A stretch of DNA of 48,706 bases, from assembly GCA_045862955.1 (NCBI GenBank), contig BTVI01000023.1:1-48706 (forward strand), in the 5' to 3' direction. Source of the DNA: Fimbriimonadales bacterium. Lineage in GTDB: Bacteria > Armatimonadota > Fimbriimonadia > Fimbriimonadales > JABRVX01. The notes under the pieces were generated by a model that was given only the letters and a program-made list of their open reading frames with translations, was not told the DNA's origin and did not search any database. Positions 19,114 through 28,037 of the stretch are shown piece by piece. The position numbers and the translations under genes are program-made. Position 1 is the stretch's first letter; each line of letters begins with the position of its first letter.

Positions 19114-20523
19114 ATGCAGTCGGCGACATGGAAAGTGGGCTTGCTCGTTGTCGTCTTCGCGGTGCTGGCGTACGGGGTGTACGTGCTCTTCGGTACGAGG
19201 TTAGCGGGCGAGAACGTCTACCGAGTCTACGCGGACTTCGAGAATATCGGAGGGCTCACTAAGGGCGCCAAGGTGATGATGGCCGGCGTGGATGTGGGCA
19301 CCGTGCAGGCCATCGAACTGATATCGGCTCACCGCGCCCGAGCCACTCTCGCGATCCGCCGCGATGTTCGCATTCCCGAAGGCACCACGGCACGTCTCCC
19401 TGGCTCGGTGTTCCTGCCCGCAGATCAGAAGATCGACCTGATCCCACCGGCCGAGATCGTGGGGTTCTTGGAGCCGGGTCAAGTGATGCAGGGCACGCTG
19501 GGAGAGACCATCGAGAGCATCCTGCCCGAGGGACGTCGGACGCTGATAGCTGTCCAGGACGCAATCAAGGCGCTTCAAGCGGTGGTGGAGGACAAAGAGT
19601 ATCAGGTGCGCCTGAAAAGCATCCTGGCCAACGCCGATCTGACGAGTGCGCAGATCGCTTTGCTGTCGCGCCGCCTCAACCGGTTCGCCTCGGACAACGA
19701 GGCCATTCTGAACCGCATCATCCGGGACGCGGCTGCCGCGACCGCCGACGTGAAGGTGGCCGTCGCCGCCGCCACGGACTTCATCAGCGATCCGCAGTGG
19801 AAGAGCCGAGCGGAGGCGCTGCTCGATTCCCTGCAAGTCACTGCTGACCGCACGCAACAGCTCGTCGCATCGGTGGACGAGCTCGTTTCGGACCGCGAAT
19901 TACAGGAGAACATCCGCTCGACGGCCAAGAACGTGGACGAGATCACGCAGACGGGCGTGGAGATGGCGGCGACCGGCAAGGAAATCGCCGCGAACGTAAA
20001 GCTGTTCTCCGAGAAAGCAAACGTGCTCGCCGACGATGCCTCGGAGATCGCCGCCGAGGCGAAGACGCTGCTTAGCCGCCTCAACGAGATCGTGCAGGGA
20101 GTGCCCACGATCCGCCCACCACGCTTCGGTGAGCCGCGGACGCGCCTCGATTTCCTGCGCGACACGGGCCTATCCCGATTCCGCACAGACATTTTCGTAG
20201 ACTATCCGCTGACCTCCAGCACACGGCTGTTCGGAGGTCTGTACGACGCGACCGAGGACAACAGCATCACCCTGCAGTACGGGATTCGGCTCTCCCCGAG
20301 GGTCTCGAGTCGCTACGGTCTTTACGCCTCCAAGCCGGGGGTTGGGGTAGACTTCGCCCTGTCACCGCGCATGTGGTTGGAGGCCGACGCGTTCGACCCC
20401 AACGACCTGTCGTTCAATGTACGCGCCCGGTTCGGACTAGGTCCGAACTGGGGCGGTTTCTTCGGGGTAGACCGCATCTTCGAGGACAACAGCTTGATTC
20501 TCGGGATGTCCGTGTGGCGGTGA
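19114..20523 (+). CDS. mlaD: MCE/MlaD protein with long helical region and C-terminal beta-strand-rich domain
   Basis: N-terminal TM, MCE motif GLTKGAKVMMAGVDVGTV, heptad-rich middle, amphipathic strands at the C-terminus. Confidence 0.88.
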   Translation: MQSATWKVGLLVVVFAVLAYGVYVLFGTRLAGENVYRVYADFENIGGLTKGAKVMMAGVDVGTVQAIELISAHRARATLAIRRDVRIPEGTTARLPGSVFLPADQKIDLIPPAEIVGFLEPGQVMQGTLGETIESILPEGRRTLIAVQDAIKALQAVVEDKEYQVRLKSILANADLTSAQIALLSRRLNRFASDNEAILNRIIRDAAAATADVKVAVAAATDFISDPQWKSRAEALLDSLQVTADRTQQLVASVDELVSDRELQENIRSTAKNVDEITQTGVEMAATGKEIAANVKLFSEKANVLADDASEIAAEAKTLLSRLNEIVQGVPTIRPPRFGEPRTRLDFLRDTGLSRFRTDIFVDYPLTSSTRLFGGLYDATEDNSITLQYGIRLSPRVSSRYGLYASKPGVGVDFALSPRMWLEADAFDPNDLSFNVRARFGLGPNWGGFFGVDRIFEDNSLILGMSVWR

Positions 20524-20545
20524 CCCCAACCTGACTCGAGGGCAT

Positions 20546-21007
20546 GTGGCTATGGACGTTATTCTCAACCAAACAATCGCAAAAGTGGGGCACGCGGGCG
20601 ATGTGGTGCGCGTGTCGGACGGGTACGCGAGAAACTTCCTCATTCCTCGTGGGCTCGCCCAGCCGGCCACACGTGGCACGCGCAAGGCACACGAAGGGCT
20701 GGTCAAGGCGCTCGATAAGAAGTCCAGCGAGATCCAGCTCAAGGCCGAAGAACTGAAGAGCAAGCTGGATGGGCAGGTCCTGATTATGGAAGGGCGCTGC
20801 GCAAAGAACTCGACGAAGCTCTTCGGCACCATCACGACGACACAGATCGCGGAGGCCATCAAGGAGCGGTTTCACGTTGACGTGGATAAGCGGGTCATCG
20901 GGCTACTCCACCCGCTGAAGAGCGTCGGTAGCCATCCCGTGGTGCTGCACCTGCATCGCAACGTAGACGCCAACATGACCGTGGAGATCATCCCGGTAGA
21001 GGCATAG
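20546..21007 (+). CDS. rplI: 50S ribosomal protein L9
   Basis: MDVIL..GHAGDVVRVSDGYARNFLIPRGLA, KLFGTIT. Start is GTG 20546 or ATG 20552. Confidence 0.95.
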   Translation: MAMDVILNQTIAKVGHAGDVVRVSDGYARNFLIPRGLAQPATRGTRKAHEGLVKALDKKSSEIQLKAEELKSKLDGQVLIMEGRCAKNSTKLFGTITTTQIAEAIKERFHVDVDKRVIGLLHPLKSVGSHPVVLHLHRNVDANMTVEIIPVEA

Positions 21008-21008
21008 A

Positions 21009-22376
21009 ATGGTCTCTGTACCCGAGCGCATTCCCCCGCAAGACCTGGACGCCGAGATGTCGGCGCTCGGCGCGATGATGTTCAGCCCCCAAGCGCTGGA
21101 AGCCGTGCTGCAGCAATGCCGCTCGGAGGACTTTTACCGACCTTCGCACCGCGCCATTTTCGACTCCATCGCCTCCTTGGTGGACCGCGGCGAGGCGGTA
21201 GATCCGATCACCGTCAAGGACGAGCTTCAGCGTGTAGGCAAGTTGCAGGAATGCGGTGGCATGGACTACCTGCTGCAGCTCACAGAGTCCGTGCCGAGCG
21301 CCGCGAATGCGGGCTATTACGCGAACATCGTCGTGGAGAATGCGATCCGCCGCAATCTACGCTCCGCAGGAGCGGAAGTGATGCAGCTCGCTTACGGTGA
21401 GGACGAGGTCGCCGAAGTCATAGACCAAGCCGAGCAACGCATCTTCGCTGTAGGTCAGCGGCGGATGGGCAAGGACTTCCAGCCTGCCAAGCAGCTGATC
21501 ACCGAGTATTTCGAGCGCGTCGAAGAAGCTTACGCTACGCATAAGAGGCAGATGGGTATGCCAACCGGGTTTGCAGACTTGGACGATCTTACTACGGGCT
21601 TGTACCCATCGGACTTCATCATCATCGCTGCGCGCCCCTCCGTCGGCAAGACGGCGCTGGCACTGCACATCGCGATGAACTGCGCGATGCGGCACCAGGC
21701 CACCACCGCATTCTTCAGCCTGGAGATGTCGGCATCGCAGCTCGCTCAGAGAATGGTCTGCTCGGTCGCGGGCATCAACTCGCAGCGCGCGCGGACGGTG
21801 AACCTGAGCGAGGACGACTTCGACCGCATCCACGCGGCCGCCGACAAGCTGTATACCGTTCCGCTCTACATAGACGACAGTTCGGACATCTCGACCCTCG
21901 AGCTGATGGCTAAGTGCCGCCGACTGAAAGCGCAGCACGGCCTGGGCCTCGTCGTGGTGGACTACCTTCAGCTCATGCGCGGCGCGAAGCGCAGCGAGAA
22001 CCGCACACAGGAGATCTCGGAGATCGCGCGCGGCCTGAAGCGAATCGCCAAGGACCTGGAGGTCCCGGTCATTGCCCTCTCGCAGCTCTCACGGTTAGTC
22101 GAGCACCGCGAGAACAAGCGGCCGGTGCTGAGCGACCTGCGTGAGTCCGGTTCTATCGAAGCGGAAGCCGACGTGGTGATGCTCCTCTACAGGGCAAGCT
22201 ACTACAAGCAGGAGGCTGAAGGAGAGACTGCCGAGGAGGACGCCAGGGCACCCGGCGAGCCGGACACCGTGGAAGTCAACATCGCCAAGCACCGCAATGG
22301 CCCTACCGGCGTGGTGAAGCTCGCCTTCCAGCGCGAGTTTGCGAGGTTCCTCTCCTTCGCGCGAGGATCGGAGTAG
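21009..22376 (+). CDS. dnaB: Replicative DNA helicase
   Basis: PPQDLDAE, AARPSVGKT, FSLEMS, VDYLQL, LSQLSR, SDLRESGSIE, AKHRNGPTG. Confidence 0.97.
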   Translation: MVSVPERIPPQDLDAEMSALGAMMFSPQALEAVLQQCRSEDFYRPSHRAIFDSIASLVDRGEAVDPITVKDELQRVGKLQECGGMDYLLQLTESVPSAANAGYYANIVVENAIRRNLRSAGAEVMQLAYGEDEVAEVIDQAEQRIFAVGQRRMGKDFQPAKQLITEYFERVEEAYATHKRQMGMPTGFADLDDLTTGLYPSDFIIIAARPSVGKTALALHIAMNCAMRHQATTAFFSLEMSASQLAQRMVCSVAGINSQRARTVNLSEDDFDRIHAAADKLYTVPLYIDDSSDISTLELMAKCRRLKAQHGLGLVVVDYLQLMRGAKRSENRTQEISEIARGLKRIAKDLEVPVIALSQLSRLVEHRENKRPVLSDLRESGSIEAEADVVMLLYRASYYKQEAEGETAEEDARAPGEPDTVEVNIAKHRNGPTGVVKLAFQREFARFLSFARGSE

Positions 22377-22380
22377 GACG

Positions 22381-23637
22381 ATGCGGGTGCTGGTGATCGG
22401 GGGCGGCGGCAGAGAGCACGCCTTGGCGTGGAGGTTGTCCCAGTCGAACTCGGTGCGAAAGGTGTATTGCGCTCCCGGCAACGGTGGGACGTGGACGTGC
22501 GCGGAAAACGTGCCCGCGAAACCAGAGGACGCGGTGCGACTGAGCCGCGAGCTTCACATTGATCTGGTAGTCGTTGGCCCCGAGGGCCCGCTGATCCAGG
22601 GCCTTGCGGACAGGCTCCGTGCCGAAGGCATTGCGGTTTTCGGCCCCGGCGCGGGGGCTGCTAGGCTGGAAGGCTCCAAAGCTTTCGCAAAGGCGCTCAT
22701 GGCGAAAGCCGGCATTCCCACCGCCGAGTTCCAATCCTTCGATGATCCAGCAGCAGCCCGCGAGTATGTTTCACAGGCCTACGCCCGCGGTACGAAGCTG
22801 GTGGTGAAGGCGAGCGGAGAAGCGTTCGGTAAAGGCGCTATCGTGACCGACACGGAAGCCGAAGCTTTGCAGGCTGTCGAGGACATGATGGTTCGGCGAG
22901 TGCTCGGGGACGCGGGAGCCACCGTGGTCATCGAAGAGCGGATGGAAGGCCCCGAGATGTCGCTGTTCAGCCTGCGCTCCGCGCATCAGGGCTTTCTCAC
23001 TCCGGCAGTTCGCGACTACAAACGGGCCCTGGACGGTGGGCGCGGCCCGAACACCGGCGGCATGGGAGCCCGCACGTTGCACGGAGTGTACGAACCCGGT
23101 ACGCTCGAAGACCTGCACGAAGTGTTCTGTGACCGAGCGGCTGAGGCACTCAAAGCGGAGGGTCACCCGTTCGTGGGCCTGCTGTATGCCGGACTGATGC
23201 TGACGGCGCACGGTGCACGGTGCCTGGAATACAACTGCCGGTTCGGCGACCCGGAAACGCAGGTGCTGGTCCGAATCGGCGATGACGATTGGGGCGAGAT
23301 GCTCTACGGCCTGGCTACCGGAAAGCCCATCGCCCCGCCGACGTGGGAGCCGATGAGACATGTCGTAGCGATCACCGTAGCATCGAAGGGCTACCCGGGC
23401 GAGATCCGCAAGGGATTACCGATTTCGGGTCTGGAGCATGCGGCCCTGTTGGACGAGGTGATGGTTTTTCACGCTGGCACGGTGCGCGAAGACGGGAAGC
23501 TGCTGACGAACGGCGGCCGCGTGCTATCGGTCACCGCTGCGGGCGACACGCTAGAGCAAGCACGACACAGAGCTTATGAGGCAGTGGAGCTCATCCGTTT
23601 CGAAGACATGCATTACCGGAGAGACATCGCAGTATGA
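22381..23637 (+). CDS. purD: Phosphoribosylamine--glycine ligase
   Basis: [53 protein letters not shown]. Confidence 0.96.
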   Translation: MRVLVIGGGGREHALAWRLSQSNSVRKVYCAPGNGGTWTCAENVPAKPEDAVRLSRELHIDLVVVGPEGPLIQGLADRLRAEGIAVFGPGAGAARLEGSKAFAKALMAKAGIPTAEFQSFDDPAAAREYVSQAYARGTKLVVKASGEAFGKGAIVTDTEAEALQAVEDMMVRRVLGDAGATVVIEERMEGPEMSLFSLRSAHQGFLTPAVRDYKRALDGGRGPNTGGMGARTLHGVYEPGTLEDLHEVFCDRAAEALKAEGHPFVGLLYAGLMLTAHGARCLEYNCRFGDPETQVLVRIGDDDWGEMLYGLATGKPIAPPTWEPMRHVVAITVASKGYPGEIRKGLPISGLEHAALLDEVMVFHAGTVREDGKLLTNGGRVLSVTAAGDTLEQARHRAYEAVELIRFEDMHYRRDIAV

Positions 23638-24116
23638 GCGGCCCTTTGGTTGCGATTTTGATGGGCAGCGAGTCGGATGCCCCGAAGTTGGAACCCGCGT
23701 TCGAGACCCTCAGAGAGTATGGCGTTGGCTTCGAAGCACGAGCGCTCAGCGCCCATCGTTCGCCCGAGCTGGTGGCCGAGTACGTGAAGTCGGCGCCGTC
23801 GCGGGGAACGAAGGTGTTCCTCTGCGCAGCGGGACTGGCTGCGCACCTGGCGGGCGCTGTCGCGGCTAACACGCACCTGCCAGTCATCGGAATTCCGATC
23901 CGGGCAGGGGGCCTGGAGGGGCTCGACGCGCTTCTCTCGACGGTGCAGATGCCCCCGGGCGTACCTGTGGCAACCGTGGCGATCGACGGAGCAAAGAACG
24001 CTGCGCTGCTGGCCATTCAGATGCTGGCGCTGTCCGACGAGCGGCTGGCCGGGCTGCTGCAGGAGAAGAAGCGCGCGATGGCAGAAGCCATAGCGGCCAA
24101 GCCCCCGATTGCGTAG
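23634..24116 (+). CDS. purE: N5-CAIR mutase
   Basis: MGSESD, SAHRSP, AGLAAHLAG, QMPPGVPVATV. Confidence 0.96.
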   Translation: MSGPLVAILMGSESDAPKLEPAFETLREYGVGFEARALSAHRSPELVAEYVKSAPSRGTKVFLCAAGLAAHLAGAVAANTHLPVIGIPIRAGGLEGLDALLSTVQMPPGVPVATVAIDGAKNAALLAIQMLALSDERLAGLLQEKKRAMAEAIAAKPPIA

Positions 24117-24171
24117 GCTACCTGGCCGCGGTTGCGCAGCCGCAGCCCCTCGGGTTCACGGTGTGCCGTAG

Positions 24172-24552
24172 CGTGGGCCGGGGCATAGAGCGCCTCTAGC
24201 CCACCGGCGACCGTCATGCTGAGCCTGTCGAAGCATGCATCCGTGCGTGCCAGGAGGGTGGCTCAGTCGAGAGCGTGCAGCCGGCCGGGACCGTCATGCT
24301 GAGCTTGTCGAAGCATGACGGCACTTGCCGCGATGGTAGTATCCGAGGTCGGTAGCGTGCGGTGTTCGGGGTCATGCTTCGACAGGCTCAGCATGACGTA
24401 AAGGTCAGCGCGAGAACAGGAGCAGCATGACGTAAAGGTCAGCGCGAGGACAGGATCAGGGTGACGTAGAGCTCAGCGCGACGACAGGAGCAGCGTGGCG
24501 GCGCCAGTCACGCAGCCGCTGCCAGCCGGCGGACGTGGGCCGGGGCATAGAG
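24172..24552. repeat. REP cluster (GTCATGCTGAG..TCGAAGCAT family) flanked by 19-bp direct repeats
   Basis: Direct copies at 24213 and 24293, inverted copy at 24371-24397, ~34-bp tandem repeats from 24389. CGTGGGCCGGGGCATAGAG at 24172-24190 and 24534-24552. Confidence 0.85.
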
Positions 24553-24575
24553 AAGTCTCGACATGGAATCTCCCT

Positions 24576-24616
24576 CCCTCTCCCCCGTTCGCGGGGGAGA
24601 GGGCTGGGGTGAGGGG
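24576..24616. repeat. REP-like hairpin (CCCTCTCCC..GGGAGAGGG..GTGAGGG family)
   Basis: CCCTCTCCCCCGTTCGCGGGGGAGAGGGCTGGGGTGAGGGG, same family as 17354-17463. Confidence 0.75.
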
Positions 24617-24629
24617 GCATCACCAGCCA

Positions 24630-24915
24630 CTAGCGCCGGGTGCCTCGACGTTCGGCTGCTAGGTGGGTCGCTGGGCGGGAGCTTGACGGCAGACGACAGC
24701 CGAAACGTCTAGGCATGGAACCGGCCGCTAGCGTTGGGAGCATCGACGTTCGGCTGCTAGGTGGGTCGCTGGGCGGGTGCCTGACGGCAGACGACAGCCG
24801 AAACGTCTAGGCATGGAACCGGCCGCTGGCGCCGGGTGCCTCGACGTTCGGCTGCTAGGTGGGTCGCTGGGCCGGAGCCTGGCGCCAGACGGCAGCCGAA
24901 ACGTCTAGGCATGGG
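24630..24915 (+). repeat. Three tandem 98-bp palindromic units
   Basis: TCGACGTTCGGCTGCTAGGTGGGTCGCTGGG at 24645, 24743, 24841. Each unit has arms GACGTTCGGCTG / CAGCCGAAACGTC. Confidence 0.88.
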
Positions 24916-24919
24916 AAAG

Positions 24920-25049
24920 GGATTCCCCCTTCGCGGGAAGGATAGCCTAGCACCTGGAAGGGAATGGCAGCCCAGTGCCGCCGTGGGAAGGACAAGTTGG
25001 ACAAGCGTGGATATAAGTGATTGTCATTCCCGCGCAGGCGGGAATCCAG
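24920..25049. repeat. dRS3-like REP pair (ATTCCC-N8-GGGAAT)
   Basis: GTCATTCCCGCGCAGGCGGGAATCCAG at 25023-25049 and a degenerate inverted copy at ~24920-24944. Confidence 0.65.
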
Positions 25050-25115
25050 GTCCGGAGGTCGGAACGTGGGAGAAGTGTGCACAGAAAATGCCGACCGCTG
25101 GCGGAAGAGGACGCA

Positions 25116-26414
25116 ATGATCGAACGCTACCAGACACCCGAGATGCGCGCCATATGGAGCGACGAGGCCCGCGCGGCCACGTGGCTCCGAGTGGAGATCG
25201 CGGTATGTCGAGCCCTGGCGACAGCCGGCGTTATCCCTGCCGAGGACCTCGACGCCATCGTATCCGGTGCGCGATTCGACCTGCATCGGATGGCGGAGTT
25301 AGAGCAGGTCACCAAGCACGATCTGATGGCCTTCGTGCGCAACGTCGAGGAGAACATCGGACCAGCAGGCCGATGGGTCCACTACGGCGTCACCTCGTAC
25401 GACATCATAGACACCGCGCTCGCGCTTCAGCTCACCCAGTCGTTAGACATTCTTCGAACCGAGGCCGGTGAGCTCAAAGCGGTCGTCGGCGAGATAGCTA
25501 TGCGCCACCGAGACACGCCGATGATCGGGCGGACCCACGGGGTCCATGCAGAACCCATCACCTTCGGTTTCAAACTGGCGGGATGGTACGCAGAACTTTC
25601 GCGATGGGAAGAGAGGCTTCGGGTCGTCCGCGAGGAAGTCGCTGTGGGCAAGGTGTCGGGGGCCGTCGGAGTCCATGGGGTGTTGGACCCGGGCATCGAG
25701 GCTGCGGTGTGCGCCGAGCTCGGGCTTCGACCCGATCCGGCTTCTACGCAGATCGTCTCGCGCGATCGCCATGCGTATGCGCTGAGCTGCCTGGCGGGCC
25801 TGGGGGCCACCATCGAGCGCTTTGCCACGGAACTGCGCAACCTGCAGCGCACCGAGATTCGCGAGGTACAAGAGGGGTTCGCCAAGGGGCAGACCGGCTC
25901 TAGCGCCATGCCACACAAGCGCAACCCGTGGAACAGCGAAACGCTGTGTGGGCTGGCTCGCGTATTGCGCGGCAACGCACTGGCCATGCTGGAGTCGGTG
26001 GCGACATGGCATGAGCGGGACCTTTCGAACTCGAGTGCCGAGCGCATCGTGTTTCCCGACAGCTTCCACATTGTGCACTTTATGCTGCGCAAGCTCACCA
26101 ACATTCTGCGGGGCCTCCACGTGGACGAGGAGCGAATGGCAGCAAACCTTCGGCTGATGCGCGACCTGCCGATGAGCGAGCACGTGCTGCTGGCCTTGGT
26201 GCGAGCGGGCCTATCGCGCGAAGACGCCTACGCTGCCGTGCAGCGAGCGGCAGCGCGGGCTTGGGCAGGGGAAGACTTCGCCTCAGCGATGAAGGACGAT
26301 CCCGAGGTTTCGGGCAGGCTTTCCGACGAGCAGCTGGCCGAATGCCTTAGCCTCAGGCATCACCTAAGGAACGTGTCTCACACGTTCCGAGCCGTGGGCC
26401 TGGACGCGGACTAG
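25116..26414 (+). CDS. purB: Adenylosuccinate lyase
   Basis: MIERY, KHDLMAF, HYGVTSYD, GRTHGVHAEP, GSSAMPHKRNP, WHERDLS. Confidence 0.96.
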   Translation: MIERYQTPEMRAIWSDEARAATWLRVEIAVCRALATAGVIPAEDLDAIVSGARFDLHRMAELEQVTKHDLMAFVRNVEENIGPAGRWVHYGVTSYDIIDTALALQLTQSLDILRTEAGELKAVVGEIAMRHRDTPMIGRTHGVHAEPITFGFKLAGWYAELSRWEERLRVVREEVAVGKVSGAVGVHGVLDPGIEAAVCAELGLRPDPASTQIVSRDRHAYALSCLAGLGATIERFATELRNLQRTEIREVQEGFAKGQTGSSAMPHKRNPWNSETLCGLARVLRGNALAMLESVATWHERDLSNSSAERIVFPDSFHIVHFMLRKLTNILRGLHVDEERMAANLRLMRDLPMSEHVLLALVRAGLSREDAYAAVQRAAARAWAGEDFASAMKDDPEVSGRLSDEQLAECLSLRHHLRNVSHTFRAVGLDAD

Positions 26415-26417
26415 CGA

Positions 26418-26756
26418 ATGGTCGCCGTGGAGCTCGCCGCTCTGCTGTACGCGCTGGTGGGCTATGCAATTGTGCTGTACATGGGCTACAGGACCTTCGT
26501 TCACCTGTGCATGCGCTGGGGCCTCGTATGGCACGAAGCACTCAACGGGTATGCGCTGCGCGCCGCAGGACTCTCCACGATCCCGCTGGTGGGGATCTCG
26601 CTGCTCATAGCAACCGGCGTCCTCGAACCGAAAGGCAACCTGGCCCAGGCGGCATTCGTGATGGCGCTGCTAGCCTTCATTCTGTTTCTGGTGTATCAGG
26701 CGTGGAGCTTTGCGCGGTCCGCGCCAGAAGACGACGGCGACGGTGACGAGGGTTAG
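26418..26756 (+). CDS. Hypothetical membrane protein (3 TM)
   Basis: Three hydrophobic segments and an acidic tail. Starts 3 nt after the purB stop. Confidence 0.7.
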   Translation: MVAVELAALLYALVGYAIVLYMGYRTFVHLCMRWGLVWHEALNGYALRAAGLSTIPLVGISLLIATGVLEPKGNLAQAAFVMALLAFILFLVYQAWSFARSAPEDDGDGDEG

Positions 26757-26769
26757 GGGCAAGCGGGAC

Positions 26770-26815
26770 AAAAAAAGAGCGGGAATGCCGAAAGGAGAGC
26801 AAAGCACATTCCCGC
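26770..26815 (-). terminator. Intrinsic terminator
   Basis: GCGGGAATG-loop-CATTCCCGC 9-bp stem followed by TCTTTTTTT on the minus strand. Confidence 0.7.
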
Positions 26816-26925
26816 AATCTGCTTTCCGACCTTGCCCGGTCACTCTCGTTCGCGTCCGCGGTAGAGACACTGCGCACGGGTCCCGCAGAGTGCCCGAGCG
26901 GTCTTCGGTTAGCTTTCTGTTTGCC
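26770..26925 (-). ncRNA. Candidate stand-alone structured small RNA
   Basis: TATACT -10 at 26936-26931, a ~110-nt irregular rod hairpin, then an intrinsic terminator. No plausible protein gene on this strand. Confidence 0.55.
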
Positions 26926-27036
26926 ACTCTAGTATACGCATTTACTAGGGCATTTAGTTCGACCTAGAGGGGACGATCGGCGCAGATCCGCGGCTTTTTG
27001 CCTGTTCGCTTCCTTTCGGCTCACTCGGGAGCCTCG

Positions 27037-27066
27037 TTGACACTCGATCCGAGCGACCAGTATAAT
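27037..27066 (+). promoter_or_regulatory. Consensus sigma70 promoter
   Basis: TTGACA-18 nt-TATAAT, followed by GAGGAGG and TTG 27105. Confidence 0.8.
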
Positions 27067-27104
27067 CGCATCCCGCTCGCAGTGCTGGAGCGAGGAGGAC
27101 CTGT

Positions 27105-28037
27105 TTGACGCCCGCCATTCGCACCGAGAACCTAACTAAGACTTACAGCTCGCGGTGGCAAGGGAAGCGTAATGCCGTTGATAACCTGACCCTCACGGTA
27201 AGCGAAGGGGAGATATTCGGGCTTCTGGGCCCCAACGGTGCCGGGAAAACCACCGTGATCAAGATGTTGCTCAGCATTATCTACCCCACCTCCGGGCGGG
27301 CGTGGATCATGGGGCGAGACATCGGCGACATCCGCCTTCACTTCGAGCTGAGTTACCTTCCAGAGAAGCCCTATTACTACGAGCACATGACCGGTCTCGA
27401 GGTGCTCGATTACTACGGCAAGCTATTCCGGATCCCGGCGAAGGAGCGCGAACGACGAGCGGCCGAGCTGTTGGAACGAGTCGGCCTTGCCGGAGACGCG
27501 CACAAGCCCATCGGGCAGTATTCCAAGGGCATGCAGCAGCGCATCGGGTTGGCGCAGTGCCTGCTGAACGACCCCAAGATTCTTTTCCTGGACGAACCCA
27601 CGGGAGGCCTGGACCCGCTCGCTCATACGCAGATTCGCTCGCTGATTCTGGCTCTGCGCGACGAGGGGAAGACTGTCTTCATTAGCTCGCACGAGCTGTC
27701 CGAGGTGGAGCGCATCTGTGACCGCGTGGCGATGATGTTCGAGGGAAGGGTGATCAAGGAGGGAACCCTCGACACGCTGCTGGCTGGGGGCCGCATCGAG
27801 ATGATTGCGGAGAACGTGCCTCAAGAGGTCCACGACAGCCTTCACCGAGACGGCGTGATCGTTTCGCTGAGCGAGGGCAGACTGATCGCCGACTTCCCGG
27901 ACGACGGGTCCGTGAACGAGGCAGTGGACTTGGTTCGGTCGAAGCAGGGGCGCGTGATCAGCATTATCCCGCGAAGGAAGCGCCTAGAGGACTGGTTCGT
28001 GGAGACCGTCGGCGCCGCACAGGAGGTGAAGGTGTGA
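27105..28037 (+). CDS. ABC-2 type ATP-binding protein
   Basis: GPNGAGKTT, YSKGMQQRIGLAQ, LDEPTGGLDP, SSH. Confidence 0.93.
   Translation: MTPAIRTENLTKTYSSRWQGKRNAVDNLTLTVSEGEIFGLLGPNGAGKTTVIKMLLSIIYPTSGRAWIMGRDIGDIRLHFELSYLPEKPYYYEHMTGLEVLDYYGKLFRIPAKERERRAAELLERVGLAGDAHKPIGQYSKGMQQRIGLAQCLLNDPKILFLDEPTGGLDPLAHTQIRSLILALRDEGKTVFISSHELSEVERICDRVAMMFEGRVIKEGTLDTLLAGGRIEMIAENVPQEVHDSLHRDGVIVSLSEGRLIADFPDDGSVNEAVDLVRSKQGRVISIIPRRKRLEDWFVETVGAAQEVKV

Noticed and set aside
21009..22376. Intein in DnaB
   Set aside because: The protein is normal length (455 aa) with contiguous motifs.
24630..24915. CRISPR array
   Set aside because: The whole 98-bp unit is repeated, with no unique spacers.
26815..26925. 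c-di-GMP-I riboswitch or T-box
   Set aside because: It starts GGCAAAC but lacks the GACGCAAAGC element and any T-box UGGNACC, and no gene lies downstream on that strand.
26670..26927. 85-aa minus-strand ORF MANRKLTED as a protein gene
   Set aside because: The GTG is only 3 nt from the -10 hexamer, and the ORF runs through the terminator into the convergent gene.
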